From Marsupella aquatica (taxonomy: Eukaryota; Plantae; Marchantiophyta), in contig OZ316892.1 of assembly GCA_973895155.1 (NCBI GenBank), positions 13,575,270-13,639,269 on the forward strand: DNA of 64,000 bases. The letters are read 5' to 3'. The notes beneath the pieces were generated by a model. The model saw only the letters and a list, made by a program, of their open reading frames with translations. It was not told the origin of the DNA and made no database searches. A program made the translations under genes and the position numbers. Position 1 is the stretch's first letter. Each line of letters starts with the position of its first letter. Shown here one piece after another: positions 1 to 13,887 of the stretch.

Positions 1-1066
1 TCCGGTCAAGCTTTTACTCTCCAGAACTCCTCCACAGCGCCCTAGCCTAAGTATTTCTAAGAGGGCGACTCCCAGTAGATAAGTTGCTTTGACACCTAAA
101 CTTCCATAATAACAATAGTTGACAGTATATCAGGATCACAAAATCATCTTCAATTGCAGTGAAGGACTAGACGTTCTTAAAAGGTAAAGCTCAAGTACTA
201 CCCTTGGTGGTCAAATTAAGACTTAGGCCAGATGATTCTAACCACTACAAAAGCCCTAATGATTCAGCGAATCACGCAAAAATTGAAATACCCACGGGCT
301 ATACACAACACAAGTCGCTCGTAAAAGCTCATCTACAAACTTTACTATTTATAGCTCAAAACCGATGACTTACAACATTTGTTAAATCCAAAGAATTGAT
401 TTTAGGTATTTTCCAAGGACTTAAGTAAATCAGAATTGCATTGAAGGTGCGAACGGTATAATTGCTTAACGAAAACAACCAATTCCGAGGGTGAACATAT
501 AAAACTACAACCGATGCAAACCAGATAATCAGTACGCATCCCAACAAAAAAAGCCATCTACCACTCAATCCTGTCTCTCTCCCAAACCCACCCATGCCAC
601 AAAGGCAATAAACAAATGACTGAGACACGAAAAGCAACCAAGCAATATATTTTTTACTCACTACGCAATTTGACATATTAAAATACAGAACTTCATAAGG
701 AAATTTAAACCCGCCAATCGATCGGTAGAGACCTGGGAATCGAGATCCTACAGTTAAAGCCACCCCATTCCCAAGTACCTGCACTATACAAATGTTCCTG
801 CACTACGAAGTCTTGATAAGAAGGCGACATGATAAAGAGACGACGGCTGCTTCAAGAATATTCAATAAGACGATCCAAAATGGATTTGCATCAATTCACC
901 AAGGATTTGCACCACGTCAGAAGGATTGTGTTCATTTATTTGACGGTAAGTTGAAAGCTAATGTTTGGGGAAAGAGAAGCTCAGAATAAACGATAGTACT
1001 TCATCAAGCATAGCTGCACGGTACATTGGTGAAGTTTTTATGAAGCTTGCAGCCTTGTTATATCAC

Positions 1067-4000
1067 CTGAAATTGAATTCAAAGCGGAGACTTCAATTGC
1101 TCCTCCAATTGCGACTGAAAAAGCTGTTCGTTGGGTGAGGACAGCTTTGTCATTTGTAATTTCTCTACGACTGCCAGGGTTGTGAAGAGCTTTGAGCTCT
1201 ACTTCGTCCTCCAACCATTTCAAGGCACTAACCACCTAGAGGCATACCAAAGGGTCAGCTCCATGCAGAACACAAGGATATCCAACTACACCAATCATCT
1301 CTATAGAGATCAAACGTCCACATTTAATCGGTTAGAACTGTCTACAACGGAATCCCATATTAACTTTTGACGAGGGAGTGACAATCCTCGAAACGAGGTG
1401 ACATTCACCACATACACCAGAATCTAGAAATGACGAAACCTTCATGATGAATCTTACCAATGGGGGTGTCCCTTTTGTGATCTCTATAACAGCTGCTGAC
1501 CATTGCAAATTCCACCAGGATGGTCCTCTAGCAGCTTGCAATGCAATATTCCCTGCCAAAGTTGAGTTTGCATTTCCTGACAAGCTCGACGATTGGCTTG
1601 AGGGTAATTGTCCATTTTGGACAGCTGGAGCTAAGCCAAAGAGTGCAACATAAAACCACAAATTTCGGAACAGCTTCAACAAAGAGGTTTCCACATCTTG
1701 CGTTGGGTCGAAATCGGAACAGATCTCGGCAATGGCGGGGAGCAGCGGGCCAAAAACTTTGGCTCCAGCTCTACAGGTCAGATGGCGAGTTAGTGCAGAA
1801 AAGTAATAGTCGTCACCTACTGCATTTATTGTTATCTAAAACACAACAGTCTAATAACAACGAATCTTGAACAGAGCTGAGACAGGAATCACACTCCTGA
1901 TTGATGAAGTCTCCAACGCAACAAACTTTCATCCAATTACGACACTAATAGAGCAGGTCAATTATAGGATTAACATTTGCAGCGACAACAAAGATGATGT
2001 GGGATAATGTCATGATTTGCAGGAGAGACATTAGTCTAATTACAAAAGGTGAGGCATACGGACCTGCCATTTTTGGCCTCTGCAACAAGACCCACATTTG
2101 AGCACAGAGTAAGCAATCTTTCTCGAAGATCTGATCTTAGCTTTGGCTGACGCAGTCCACGGGCGAGCTGGAGAAGAGCATTTGTGAGAGTCTGCTCGAA
2201 ATAACACAGTACAAACGAACCAACAAAACGTCACTTATTTGTGTTATGGTATTACAGAAATGTCTTTGTCCCCGAAAACGCCCCAATGAATTTCTGGCAC
2301 TTATATGATACTGATTCAACACGGGAACATCGAGGTTTGCAAATTCTGAAGCTAAACCTGTATCTGCATGGACATTGGGAGTTATCTGACCTCACTGCAC
2401 TTATCGATCGATCCCATTAAAAAATAAGTAAGTACTGTGTTTGAGCAAGGGTCGGATCCTCAGCAGACTTTTCTGACTCATCTAAAGCGAACAACCAAAG
2501 AATATGTCGACTATGAATGCCTGATTCTTATCATTGCTGCCAGTGCCAGTAATGCAAGAGTAATATGTCAGGTTTAAAACCAAATGAGCCCGTTGATACT
2601 TGTTTTCCTCTTTAAATTTTCATGCTTTTCGTGTTTTCATGCTTTATCTGGTTTACTAGACATCACTGTTGGCACCGAAGCTAGCATCAATGTAATGAAA
2701 ATAGAAGCAAGCACGTCTTTTTTTTAATGTCAGAAGAGAATGAGCTTACATCCAGATGCTCTGACAAACTATCTGAAGACGATCCTCCATCGTATGCTGA
2801 ACGATCAGAAGAAACAACATCTAGGTACTCTCGAGTCAGCAACACAACAACTTCTCTGTATGACTTCTCAGTGCCCAAGCTGCCAAGCAGAGCTAATGCT
2901 TCCATCAGCTGTCACCCGACACAACCAACAGGCAGTAGATCAGAGGGCATGCGAAGGTCATCCTTCGTGGTTCCTCATCAGTTTAGTCAAACCTTCCAGT
3001 CGGGACTCGCATCAAATTCAAAGGGGTAACTCATAGCTATGTAATTAAAGCAGACAGTGAAAAGCCAGGTACCAACCTTGAGGCGCAATAGGTTAGGTAC
3101 CGAGATGTCGCTCTGCTCAAAACTTTCGATGAATTGTGGCAGCATGATCTCCACAATCTCACATTTGCTCAATTTCTTAGCTATGTCCGAAAGAAATGAA
3201 ACAAGATTTGTTTGGACAAAGACAACATGCCGTTCCTGTTCACCCTGTCCAGAAAACAAGACAGGTCAAACGAGCAGACAAAGAAATGTCTCTTGTCCCC
3301 GATGAGGTTCTATACCAACTATGTCTGCAAGAACCTTTCCCAACAAGCCAGAGAATATGATCAAACGTCGTTCACGTATATAGGCAAACACATGCTACTT
3401 AAAACCCTTGACCAACTCACAGAACCGAACAGTGACAGCTTTACCTGATTCCATTCGAGAAGAAGGAACGATGTTACCTTAACTTACAGGATTTGGACTA
3501 TTCTAACACAAAGCCTAATCTCCATGTTCCCTAGTCAATAATCTACCCCGTAGAATTTCCTCCGAAGTGTCAAATCCCAACTTGTACTTCAGCACTGAAT
3601 AAATAAGGAAACCTAACCTGCTCCACCCTCTCGTGAAGATGGGCAGCTAGTGAACTCAGGAAGGACTCAACCGAAGACTTGTCAGAACTCCAGGCAGCCT
3701 CGAGGAGGAGGCAGCTTGATGTTACGATGCTTTCATACGGGCACGCTTGTCCAGCTGTCCTCCAAACTTCGACCTGGAGTCACAAAAGATTGACGATCCG
3801 CACAACTATGAGATCAAATCATTGCCAGGCTCGAACAGTTATGCAGCTTGCCAGACTAATAGGATCAAACAAGATACAAATAAACCCGAACTTGATCTGG
3901 ACTATACGTAGAGGCTAAGCAAAATTCTTACGCGGTATGGTCTGGAAGGATGAGATCACCTGGGTGCATGCTGCCAAAACAATGGACTTGAGCCGCAGAA

Positions 4001-5850
4001 GAACTGATCTTAAAATTTGACCGCCAAGAATTGCAGCAACTTGCGCGACACTACTAAGCAGCGAACCAAACAATAGTTCGCAAGATTTCATCTTACGCCA
4101 CGGTGATACTATGCATAAATCTGCGGCATCAAATGAGAGAGGAAGACTGTCACGCAGAGAGACTCTGAACTTGGCATCTGACTCGGATAATAAAAGACAT
4201 TTGGTCTGAAGTATAGTGGCCTCCTGACCGGCTTGAAGCTTCAAGTCCAGTTTGGCCTTGAGACTTGAAGCTTCAAGCCTCACCTCTCCTCCGTCTATGG
4301 GCCAATCTTGCCTCTTCATCTGGAATGAAGAAAACAGAGAAATCGTCAGTCCGGAATAGTCGACAAAATTGAGCAAGATACACTCTGTCTACCTTCTACC
4401 AAACTACCTAGGGGGGCACAACGAATATATCAACCTGGGATGAAGTTTTCCAAAAATAGCCAGTAAATCAAAAACGCTCGTGCAAGCTCTGTGACGAACG
4501 AAAATTGAAACGTTTGTCTGACTTTCTTGATTGCCAGAAAAATGTAATTGCTCCTTGATTGAGCCGGGTGCAGAAATTTGAGATTGGAGCGAGAATTAAG
4601 GAGCTGAGAAAGCTTGCCTTGAGAAGAGGAAGGATTGATCTCAGCATGATGAAGGCTGCAGTCTTCAGCAGCTGGACATGTGCGTCACTTAGCTGTCGAC
4701 CAGCTCCAATTCTTTCAAATATTTGTATCGATAATCTGAACGCCAGTTCTTGCCTTTCAAGAATTGGCAAAGACTCTTCCTCCAAAGAACGGACCAAATG
4801 TTGTCCAACGAATTCCCTGTCACGCGGTCCCTCCGAATGAGGGGCATAAAAGTGATCGAAGCTTCTGCTTCTCGCAGGTGAGCCTTTCGTTCCATTTTGT
4901 TTCCCACACGTACTAGGCGTTACCTCGCTTTCGATCAGCCTAGAAGGTGTTGAAGTAGGAGTGAAAACTGGAGTCGTTGATGTTGTGGAATTGGGAGGGC
5001 TTCCCTCTGGTCGCGGAGAAGACTCAAACCTCGCGATCAACCCGCTAACATTGATCTGGTCATCGGATGGAAAGACAGAAAGCTGTTCCTTTACTTCTTT
5101 GTGCGAAGGGGAGTATCCATTTGATAAAGAAGTATTGTCGCCTCCACCGTTTCTTGAGACAGGTACTATAGGGGAGCACTGTTCAGAAGTAATATCGGAA
5201 GGCTCTGCAGCGACACCTCGCTGAAAGTTCAAAAACCATTGCTCCAGCAAACATTTAATGACTATCTCTGCATCTGGTGCACGCAGAGGTGGACTGTTCT
5301 GCGCTAGGGCAACGAGAAAAGATTTAATTCCTGGAGCGATTGGCGAATTACTCTCTTCTCCAGAATTAGACAGAGTAATGACCCTCGGCACAACACTGGC
5401 TATCAATTTGCTTAATTCTTCGGAAGCTGCAGGGTGCATCTCCGCTACTTTCACCACAGCGAGCAAAAGGTCCGAAAAAAAGAAACTTGCATGAGGGAAG
5501 CTGAGTGCAAATTGCTGGAATTCATCCACACAGAACTCCGGAATTGCACGTAGGAACTCCAACACAACATTCCAAAGATCTCTCCGAAGCTCTCCACCGA
5601 CTGAATGTGCGAGAAACTGCGCCACGGCCAGCATGCTATACAGTTGCCGAACATTCAGACGTGCTGCTCCTGATCTATCCAGTTGCACGGATCCTGCTGC
5701 AACGGGAGCCTGCCCAAGAATCATAACTAGCTTCTCACTCGCCATTGCCGCATTTCCGGCCAATAGGAGAGAGATTTCCCGCAATGAGGATGTCCAGCCT
5801 CCTCTCGCTATGGCAAGGGCGGGCCCCTGCTGCCCTTCTAGTCCTATCAT
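1067..5850 (-). CDS. PI4KA1: Phosphatidylinositol 4-kinase alpha, N-terminal part (gene continues beyond the left edge)
   Basis: In-frame exons 5850-4618, 4319-3960, 3773-3618, 3244-3077, 2908-2750, 2191-2064, 1770-1458, 1235-1067. Peptides such as KLRSDLRERLLTLCSNVGLVAE, GPLLPAIAEICSDFDP, LLKLFRNLWFYVALFGLAP and KWLEDEVELKALHNPGSRR match plant PI4Kalpha as I recall it. Intron 1 has a GC donor. Confidence 0.9.
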
Positions 5851-6200
5851 GTCCCTGATGTCCAGTATTCTTTCACAGTAATGTAATTTGCTACATTTAG
5901 CTCTACTTGATCCGTCTTGTCTCGATTCACACAGCGGTCCTATCGCTCTCTTTGGGATTGGATGACTTTAAACACCAATCCAATTCATTCGAATTTAGTT
6001 CGATTCGGGTTAGTAATCCTCATCTTGTGATTTTGGAGGCTTCTTCGCCCCCTCGCTGTGCGCAAGGATATGCTCACCGTATTTACACAATTTATCCAAA
6101 ACGATTCGCGCTTTCTGAGAAAGCAAATGACAGTCCTTTGCTCATGGTATAATGGATCTGGATCTGCAGCCGCTGCGAACCGGTTCTTTCACCACAGTAC

Positions 6201-6271
6201 GGGACTTCCTGTTCAAATGCTGCTAAAGAAGAGTATGGGACTTCCTGTCCAAATGCTGCTAGAGAAGAGTA
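6201..6271. repeat. Tandem duplication of ~36 bp
   Basis: gggacttcctgt(t/c)caaatgctgcta(a/g)agaagagta occurs twice in tandem. Confidence 0.85.
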
Positions 6272-9200
6272 ATCACATAAAACAGTCTGTGCAGTAGAGT
6301 ATTGTGATCCCAATGCGTATATAATGCTGAGGGAGACCCCACTTCACACCAGCTTGCCCTCCTATAAAGCTTCTGCAAATGGCTGCGTAATTATGACGAA
6401 TCAATTAGTCCTGGCACCTCAATTGGCCTGCGATAAATTCATGAAATGGAAGTCCCTCGGCTCTCAATCGCTCCGCTCCAAATCACTTTACTCGCAGACA
6501 GTCCCCTCTGCTCGAAACAGTGGCAAGACACCCAGCAGTCCCCGTGCTGGGATGGAATCAATGAAACAAAATTCACACGAAGACCGCATATTATGTAGCT
6601 TCGCTCCCCCTTCATAACTGGAGAACCGGAAGATTTCATATTTCGTCAATTCTTTCCACCGGCGGCAGGAATGAACTGATGACGGACGATCCAAACTTGC
6701 GGCACCGGCACCGGCACCGGCAGGCCACAACTCAATCCATGTTGCTCTCGTCGATTACATTGCTCAGAACGAGAATTGAAGTAGTTGTCCAGGATAGGAG
6801 GACCTTTCTCCGTCCACGAGCTAATAACTCCTGCAGTGTATGCCGGGTGATGCAACTCCCGGGACTATTGATCTCGTCGATCTACGGTTCGAGCGGGGGA
6901 CCAGATCCGTCCTCCTCGACCGCATTGCCCAGGACCGACACCAATCAATCTACGTCGTCTAGAAATTGCGAAACGCACGGCACTTGCTCTGACTTCGGAA
7001 CGATTTCCTTTCGGCCCGTACTCCAATAGATGAGAATCTGAGATGGCGTTGTCGGCAGATAAACAGAGAGACAGAGAGAGTAGATGAGAAAATACGCGAT
7101 GGCGATCCAGGCAAACAGACAGGCAGACAGAAGGGGGACAAAATCATGCAATCCAATCCAATCGAAGCGAGAAGAGGAGAGCAGACAGGAGAGCAAAAGA
7201 CGAGACTTCGAACTCATACTGATGAGAATGACTTCACTGTGTTTCGTAAGCTCTGGCTGTGATTAGCACGGTCGGCGAAAGTAAGGCAGACAACTTATTG
7301 TTGCCAGATCTGTCCTCGCCCAATTGACGTACGAAGGATGGCAGAAAAGATGCGTCGGACACGGGGTACATTCACTCTCCACCTTGAGAAATGAGAACTC
7401 TCGACGTGTTCGTGCCCCAACGAAATGCATGGACTCTGTGTGGCACATGAAGCAGAGTCAGGACTCAGGAAGTCAGGAGTCACGACTCTGGCAGTGGGGC
7501 CAGCGTAATAAAACTCGTGTGATGAGCACTCCCGGAACTTAGCTTTTCAGTAGTAGTAAGTGCACATAAAAGCAGAGCTCAAAAATGAAGAGTAAATAAA
7601 AGAGTATGCTCTCTCAGCGGTCTCAGCTACTGGTTTTTCTTGCACTTAATGCACTTTCTCTTTGTAAGTTTTCTGTGCATTCATGGAGAAAGGATGCGGA
7701 AATCAAGAGGGGTTTGATTTTCTGAGCTTGGATGGACTGTGTAGAACGTCTAGAAAGACTCCGGTAGCACCTTTCATGGCTTTGACTTTAAACCTCCACT
7801 AGCCATATAAAAAGGGGAATTGTCCACGAGATCTCACTTTTTCACTTTACTCTCATTCTTCTCATCTCCCCTTCCATACTGCTCCACAAATTCAGGAAAT
7901 GATTCTATTTCTGGTGAAACTTGGTGTAATCAGATGGTGGTTTAAATCTAGCTTGTCAAGGGGCTCCCTACCATTGGCAGCCAGTTTTATATATATCACA
8001 CCGTGATATAAGGTGTTCCTCATGCCCAAACTACTCCAGTAGTCCTTCTCGTACATTCAAGGCTCATGCCCAAACTGTTCAGAGTAAAGCATCTGGTGTC
8101 GGTTAGAATATAACATTTGACTGTTTTAATGCTGGTCGGAAATGGAACAAATGACCTCAAAAAAATCTCAAACTTCGTGAGAGAATAGGATATCAAAGTA
8201 CATGATGGCGAGAATAAACAATGATCAAAAAGTTGTCCAAATAAATACATAAAAGTTTGTCAAAACCCAAGAGTTTCAGAATTGGTTGGGGTGCCTGGGA
8301 AAACTATTTGAGTAGTCCTTAGCAAAAGTGAAGCGTAATTCCAAAAACAATAGGTCACTTTTTTCCAGGTGTGAATCGACCGATGACTTTATCGATTCTA
8401 TGTGGATGGGCAGAAGAACCCCCTCCACTCATCCTGACTTGATTTTAAGAAGAATGCACAATGAAGATTTGGCTCATTTTAAAAACTTCCCGTTCAAAAT
8501 TTTGGATCGGCTCCTACTGAAGCTTCTCCTCTACTTTTATTAAAAATACTAAAGGTACAAAATCCCTTAGACTTTAAGTGTGTGACCATCTTCATACCAT
8601 GGCATTAAGTCCTCTACCAGAGGGAGATCCATTGGCCCCACTGGTGTCGCTGGCCGGATTGAGTTTCCCTGTGTTGTGTGTCTGTCCTGGTGTAAGTGGT
8701 TGTTGCCCCCTGCCTGCTATAAAGTGCCATATTATTTTTTTAAATATATATATACCATGGCATAAAGCCGAGACACACAAGCTAAAGCCCTTGTTTTGCG
8801 GGCCATTGCGGCCCACTATGCCCTGTAACCTAAAGAGGATGTTAGTACTATACACTTATAATATTGCGTAGAGTCCATGATTGACATTTCTGATGAAAAT
8901 TGCAGTACCTCTTTTTTGTAAGCTAAGCTGTTTCCTTGCACAGCACTCAATAGCTTGGACAGGATGTCTCTATCCAAACCGTTGAAGCTCTGATGGAATC
9001 TCAATCCAAAGTTTTGAAAGCTAGATAAGATCCCAAAATACTCTTTGCATGAAAGCCAAACTTTTTTACTCTAAATCCATTTTATCCTAATTTAAACAAG
9101 TGCTTCCATGAGAGCTTGGAAATCCTATGGGGGCAAGATTTTTGGGATGAGTATGAGGATCTCAGTGGAGCTTATAGTTCATTACAAAGCATCAATTCCT

Positions 9201-10034
9201 CCAATTTTCAATCAAAATTGCACTTGCCAAGAAAAGCTTGTACTGATTGATACAGCAAGTTGGACTAGACTTTTTGCATGTTAGTCTACTGGCAGGTGAA
9301 TCTATTGAAGGCTTTAGGCCACTTATTTAAATTAAAAAACCATAGCATAGGAGCAAATCTTAGTTTTAGTTTTAGCATGAATTGCCTTCCCTAGGCCCAC
9401 ATTCCATGTAAACTAACAGAGCCAGGCACTTGAATGTGAACATACCGCCTCCCCCTATTTACCCTCTATTATTTCTCATTCACAATTTTAAATACTTTTC
9501 CATAGTTTGCACGCTCTCAGAATTCTGTAAAATGAGGGGCCAGGCTCATAACCCATGCCTTTGGCCCTGGGTTTGGTGCAGTTTTATGCGCTATCACATG
9601 TCTTGAGCATGTGTGAGGAGTTCAGTTTAAGTGATGTGCAATCTGAAATATCCCCTGTATAATAACAGTTTAACTAACATTTTATTATTAAAGCGCCAAC
9701 TCAAGTCTACTTTTAAGAGCCTAGGTCTAGAGTGAAGCCTCTAGACCGTAACTCTATGGCCATCATGTGCAATGGAGAAACTCATGACATGATGTATGTA
9801 CATACCAATTTTACTTGATAATTTCTATATGCACTATGGCCCCACCACAACATATGTGCATTAAAAAATACTCATGTGCACATAAAGGAGAAGGGTATAT
9901 TATATATGACTATTAAAATGATGAATTTTTTTTATCATTTCATTAACCTTCAAAGAATATGGATAGAAAAAATATTTTGATAATTTTTTATTGTACTCTC
10001 TGCTATTACGTTAAGAACGGGTAGTCGGGGCTAG

Positions 10035-10905
10035 TATATAGGTAAGAAAGATGTATGAGTCCAGGTAGCACATCAAAAGCCCAGTTTAGCCAACATATAT
10101 AGGTAAGAAAGATATATGAGTCCAGGTAGCACATCAAAAGCCAGATGCGGAAGGAACAACACTCAATGATAGATGAAACAATCATGTCTATTGTAGAATG
10201 GAAAATTCATCCAACCTGTGGGCACATGTCATGTGACAGAGTACACCCTACCCTAGCCTGTTGTGTTCTGAACCAAAAAGGAACATTCAAGCAAGGAACA
10301 TTCAAGGAGGATGCGTCAAGCATGGACAAATTGATATTCTCCAATGCTGATCACTCTTAATACTGTCAAATGAATAAAGTCACCACTGAGTTTAAGCTTG
10401 ATTCACAAAGATTGAATGGTTGTTTGACGTACAATAACACATCAAAGCTATTGTCGGCAACACAAGTCGCCAGTGAGTTTAAGCTTGATTCCCAAAGATT
10501 GAATGGCTGTTTGACAATAACACATCAAAGCTATTGTATTGTAGGCAACACGACCCATACCAGTCCTCTAGCTACTTGCATGCCATTGTCAGAGAAAAGG
10601 TTCAAGAACCAATACAAAGGATGTCCATTCTCTCACCAAAAAGAATTGGACAGCAAGTCTTTATGGAGTTGGCTGCCCATTATATTTGCCAAGGCACTCA
10701 TGCAGAGCATGCGGAGGGATAGACAAAGAGACATAGAGAAATAGGTTGTTAGTCAATACCTCAGTTATCTTCTTTGAGTGCAGATGCCCATTCTCATAGC
10801 ACAAAAAATGCAAGATTGGTCAACAAGCTTGACAACAGACCTTAGTAGGCCTCTTCTAATGTGGATGCCCATTTCTCACCACAACAAATGCAAGATTGGA
10901 CAACA
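10035..10905. repeat. Cluster of short local duplications, probably an old TE remnant
   Basis: Duplicated blocks: tatataggtaagaaagat..cacatcaaaagcc (x2), tgagtttaagcttgattc..cacatcaaagctattgt (x2), gatgcccatt..aaatgcaagattgg (x2). Confidence 0.7.
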
Positions 10906-11876
10906 GAGGCTGTTAGTGGAATGGGGTGTTTGACCTCCACTGGTTAACACATGTCAACATTGCCTGTCTACTAAAGTGACTAGATTGATACCCTCAAAAA
11001 AATAGGAAAATGGGACCCAATGCCTGTCATTAATATTAGCCCCGGGGGCAAACCAACTCAAGGGAAACCAAAACTAGTCTGGCCATGAGATTTGGGACAG
11101 CCACCTGATAGTGGCCAGCTCAAGTTCCCAGCTAAATTGATACCTTACTTCTGGGATTTACTAAATTGACATTCTTTTGTTGCATAATACTTACTTGCCC
11201 CTGATTTCTTTCTATTTAGCACAATGTTATTTTTTGCATTCATGGGTTTTTTCATTCATGTCCAATGGTTGTTATTGGATCTAGTGGCGCAATTGTACAC
11301 ACCAGTCTCCCTCAAGGTGACTTGACTATGTTGAGCATCGACGACAATCGCAGCAAGATGGTTCGTTGGCAAGCCCATGAACCATCCAACGCACAAGAGT
11401 CGACACAGAGAGATACGTGGTTCACCTCCACATGAGGCTACGTCCACGGGAACACACAAGAGCTTTACTGCATTCTAGGCCGACCGGCCATACCAAGCAT
11501 CCACAGCACAAGCTCTCTCTATCTCTCAACTAGCTCCGTAAGAATGAGCCTGAGTTCCACCTCTCCAAGCAAACACCACTTGGTTATAGAGTGTGCATAG
11601 CATGACTAACCTAACCAAGTCTGCAACTAAGGTTAGCCTTAACTACGATACAGTCGTAACTCTAGACCTAAGAGTAAATCCTAACAATCTCCCCCTTGAC
11701 TCTGGTCTAGGGAGGGTAAAGATTGCACCCTATATGATTGCTCAGCGGGAAGTTCTGGAAAGAAAAACCAAACTGGTTTTTCCCTCTTTATACGAGAGTA
11801 GACCATAACTAAGCCGTAGCCTATACAAGGAATGAGCAAGAGCATATCTCAGTATCTACACAAATGTTAAGTAACC

Positions 11877-13887
11877 CTACTTGTGAGGCAATTGCAAAAC
11901 CTGCAACACATCACGGTGTCTAGAAAAACTCTCCAAAGGAATCACTTTGGTAAAAGCGTCAGCCGGGTTGAGTTTACCGTCAATCTTGACTAGCTCAGAC
12001 TGATTATCAGACACAGCCTGCCTGATAAAATGGTACCTGACATCGATGTGCTTCACTCTGTTGTCCATTACCTGGTTCACAGCAAGATGGAGCGCACTCT
12101 GACTATCACAATGGAGCTTCACATTCCCCTATGGCAATCTCATCTCAGTGATAAGTCTATCCAACCAAATCGCTTCCTTTGCTGCTTCTGCTGCTGCTTC
12201 CGTTGCTGCAACATACTCTGATTCTGTAGTAGACTGAGCAATACACTTCTGCAGAGTAGACCTCCAACTTATGCATCCACCTCCTAATGTGAACACATAA
12301 CCTGTTGTTGACCTCCTCCAATCTAGATCCTGTGCATAGTCAGCATCTACATAGCCCATCAATGATCTAGCATTATCAGCATGTGCATCAAACAATAGAC
12401 CATGATCCACGGTACCCTTCAAGTACCAAATAATCCACTTCACTGCTTCCCAGTGTACCTTCCCTGGATTCGACATGTACCTGCTCACCTTGCCCATAGC
12501 CATGGCAAGATCAGGTCTAGTGCAAGTCATCAAATACATGAGACTCCCCACTGCCTTGTCATAAGGAACCTTTGACATCAGCCCCTTCTCTATCTCATCC
12601 GTAGGACAGAAAGCTGATGACAACTTGAAGTGTGGAGCCAACAGGGTACTCACTGGCTTACTATCCCCCATGTTGAACCTTGCAATTACCTTCTTTGCAT
12701 AACTGTTCTGCGTCAACCATAGCTTGCCAGCCTCCAAGTCCCTAGTGATCTCCACACCCAAAATCCTCTTAGCTGGCCCTAAGTCCTTCATCTTAAACTC
12801 TGCACTTAGCAGTGCCTTGAGCTTAACAATCTCAGACCTATCCTTGGCCGCAATAAGCATGTCATCCACATAAAGTACTAAAACAATGAACCCAAATACA
12901 ACATTTTTCACCCGTTTAAGATACACACATGGGTCAAACACACTCCTGTGAAAGCCTTGTGCATGAATCCAATCATCAAATCGCTTATTCCACTGTCTTG
13001 GTGACTGCTTCAACCCGTACAAGGATCTCAGCAATTTGCAAACCAAATCTTCTTGCCCTCTCTTCACAAAACCTAGCGGCTGTCTCATGAAGATCACCTC
13101 TTCCAAGGTGCCATAGAGGAAGGCTGTGACAACATCCATCTGATCTAGCAGCAGACCAAACATTACAACAAGCACACACAATAGCCGTATTGTTGAGTAC
13201 TTAGCAACTGGTGAAAAGACCTCATTATAATCCACACCTTTTTCCTATGTGAATCCTTTGGCTACCAACCTAGCCTTGTAGACCTTCGATCCACCTCCTG
13301 TGGACTGATCCTTTAGCTTGTATATCCACTTGCTGTCCCTCAGGCAGCTTGACAAGCTCCCAAGTTTTGTTGTCCTTCAGTGACTGCATCTCCGTTTGCA
13401 TTGCTACAGTCCACTCCTGCTTCTCCTTAGAAGCACTTGCCTCATGAAATGAAGAAGGTTCCCATTCTTCTAGTATCAACGCATCACCCTCATCTTCAGT
13501 AACAAAATCCTTCTCTTGCAACTGAGATGAATCAACCCACTGTCCATACCTTGGTGGAGCGCGTACAGTGCAACCAGATGTTCTTCTAGCCGATGACTCC
13601 GGTTGATCTGCGTTAGCTGGTGCAATTTGAAGCTCAACAGCATCCACTTGCTGCTCACCAGCATCAACAAACTCCTCTGGTTCCTCTGGCACAGGAACCA
13701 GCTCCATAATTGGAACAACTCTTTCTCTCCGGTCATGCACCTCATGACCAATCTCCTCCTCAACAAGATCCGTAATAGGAGATTTTCCTTTGTCTGTATG
13801 GGAGACCTCAGTATTCTTCCCCTCCTTCAATAATCTGGATTCATTAAAGGAAACATCCCTACTGACAATGAGCTTACAGGCAATAGG
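11877..13887 (-). pseudogene. Element A pol: INT C-terminus, RT (YVDD) and RNase H, disrupted
   Basis: Motifs QMDVVTAFLYG, LYGLKQSPRQW, LYVDDML and CDSQSALHL..KHIDVRYHF; in-frame stops and a 14-bp deletion. Confidence 0.95.

Noticed and set aside
356-784. 142-aa hydrophobic ORF as a further PI4K exon
   Set aside because: It does not resemble the PI4K alpha segment expected next and is probably intronic.
8750-9600. Possible old TIR element with weakly inverted ends
   Set aside because: Similarity is too weak to define ends or a TSD by eye.
11300-11328. Hairpin at the reconstructed empty site of element A
   Set aside because: Short and imperfect, compatible with chance.
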